From assembly GCF_963921235.1 (NCBI RefSeq), contig NC_086098.1, positions 155,558,001 through 155,622,000 of the forward strand: a DNA stretch of 64,000 bases, given 5' to 3'. The first letter of the stretch is position 1; every line of letters starts with the position of its first letter. This DNA comes from Mobula hypostoma (lineage: Eukaryota). The notes under the pieces are model-generated. The model saw only the letters and a program-made list of their open reading frames with translations, made no database searches and was not told the DNA's origin. A program made the translations under genes and the position numbers. Positions 62,160 to 64,000 of this stretch are shown here, piece by piece.

Positions 62160-63869
62160 AAATAGAAAGACCCCGTACACAGGTAAACACACAGATAGTG
62201 AAAATAATAAATGAATTTAAGCCAATCTTACAATCTATCTTTCTTTTTATACAACTCATCTTCTCCTTACACTCAAACAATGGTGTCTCCAATGGTTTTC
62301 AGTGGTGAATGTGGCACAAGACGCAAGGGTCAATAACAGTGCAATGCTGGGTGCTGTCCTTTCGGTTCTGCTACAGCACAGTATTTGGTACTCCAACAAA
62401 AACTGACCGTCATGCAGATAGTTTTCAAAAAATCGTCCTCAAAACTTGAAAATGCGCACTTTACCAATATCATGTGGTAGAAAGAAGATTTAGTCAAAAC
62501 CGTGAGTGCTGATCTATTCAGACACTTTCTGTATAACTGTTAACACTTCAGATTATACGCATTGATAATAGATAAAAAGAAAACATCTTTTCAACCTCCG
62601 TTCCACCTTTTTACTGAAAGTAAACAGATTGCTTGTTGGATGAACGATTACTATGTTGTATTAGATGGTCGCATGCACAAGGTGTCAGTTGTTCTGGTGG
62701 TTGTCGCAGTAGGGGTACGATTGCTGGGGTGCAATAATATTAGGTAGAAGTCACCGTTGACAATGATTCTTATTAGAGCAGTGGTCAATGTGCGTAACGA
62801 GAAGACATTAATTATGCTAATTTTGGGATTATTTAGAGTTAGGATTTGTCCAGGAGTTTATTGATCCTGAGCATGCATGTGAGGGTGCGAGCAGTAACAT
62901 TTCTCAACAGTGCATTTAACTGGCGGATGTTTCCTCCCTGTCGCTAGGATCATTAATAATAGTGTGAGACTGGTACTTTGAGCAACCTGACTAGCCCAGG
63001 CAAACAGAATCCCTCCAGCCTATCTCCCCCTCATTGTCGAAGCAATCCTCATATAAACGTCCATTTATGCTTCGATTAACCTTGGCTTTTCTTATGGTAC
63101 ATAAAAATTCCACCAGAATGTGACGTCAATAAGAACTCCCCGAAGTGAATCCCAGTGAAATCCCTAATCACCACATTCGTTCTGTTCTGAGATTTAATAT
63201 TTCTCCAGGAATTTATAGTCATCTTTGAAATAAAAGCCAGCTGCTACAGTTCAGCATTTCCGTAAGCATGCAATCTTTGATTTTGTTAAATATCTGATTA
63301 TATTATAGGTTCCTTGTTGTAAATTAGTAATATTTTGATCGCACCTAACAAGTCAAAGACCGAAGAAAGATGCAGCAGTACCAACATAGGACCACATAGC
63401 TCCACCCACTGCCTATCGCTGCTCCAGTAAGACCATATATCTAGCCAATTGTCCTGCTCTTCCTCGTACGCTGTGCTTCACAAGGTGTTCTTAAATCTAT
63501 CAGTGTCATGGATGAATACCGTACATGTCTGATCTCTGAGGAGAATGTTGGGAATGCTTCATATAAAAAGAAGCATTTTGGTTCTCAAATTATGTTCATC
63601 TTCACTCAAAGACGGCTGACTCCAGACCAACTCATTTAAATATACCACTTACCTCCTCTATGCGAAGCCAAACAATAATGCGTGAAAGTAATATTGTAAA
63701 CACTTTCTACTACACTTGGCAAATCAAAATTGATAGATCAAAAACAAAAGGTCAGTAGTACGTCGAAATATGGACTCATCACTTACTGTTAATCAATAAT
63801 AAATGTCAAAACATTAATTTTGATTTATTGTTCTGCAACACCTCAACATATTGCACAATATTGGGTATT

Positions 63870-64000
63870 GTGTAATGAACCGGAGGTGATTAGAGAGATT
63901 GAGGTAAAGGAGCCCTTAGGAGGCAGTGATCATAATATGATTGAGTTCACTGTGAAATTTGAAAAAGAGAAACCGAAATCTGATGTGTCGGTATTTCAGT
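63870..64000 (+). mobile_element. CR1 ORF2 fragment (end of the APE endonuclease), runs off the window
   Basis: Translates CNEPEVIREIEVKEPLGGSDHNMIEFTVKFE (SDH motif). Confidence 0.7.

Larger units (their letters stand above)
57060..63870 (+). repeat. Partial third copy (unit C) of the 3' flank, without an Ig gene
   Basis: 57060-57346 ~ A 11773-12053; 59071-59110 ~ A 12050-12092; 62160-63870 ~ A 12270-14250 with an internal deletion. Confidence 0.85.

Noticed and set aside
57060-63870. Unit C as an A/B mosaic
   Set aside because: The right part looks closer to A, but the left 290 bp shares variants with both, which is too little signal without a proper alignment.

Overview
Eukaryotic, repeat-rich DNA from a cartilaginous fish, most likely a ray; this is inferred from the Ig organisation and the CR1/Penelope/HE1-like repeat content. 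The window is a tandem array of roughly 27-29 kb duplicated units (about 10% diverged by manual spot comparison). Each full unit carries one immunoglobulin light-chain minicluster (octamer promoter - leader - germline-joined VJ with no RSS - about 4.6-4.8 kb intron - C exon) of lambda-like type. Cluster 1 (4195-9606) is a pseudogene: its leader-intron acceptor is AG>GG and FR3 has a 1-nt deletion. Cluster 2 (38869-44473) is intact and splices to a 240-aa chain. A third copy of the unit (from about 57060) keeps only the downstream flank and has no Ig gene. The flanks are packed with nested CR1, L1, Penelope, SINE, hAT and Gypsy LTR elements. Most unexpected: a PNMA-gag-type Gypsy derivative (59111-62159) carries an intronless, gap-free fragment of sarcomeric myosin heavy-chain rod (MYH16-like). 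Other highlights are the tandem-substitution pattern between the two germline VJ exons, an internally deleted Gmr1-like element, a miniature two-LTR element, and an L1 fragment flanked by a perfect 58-bp duplication. All alignments and counts are manual, and reference-protein comparisons are from memory.
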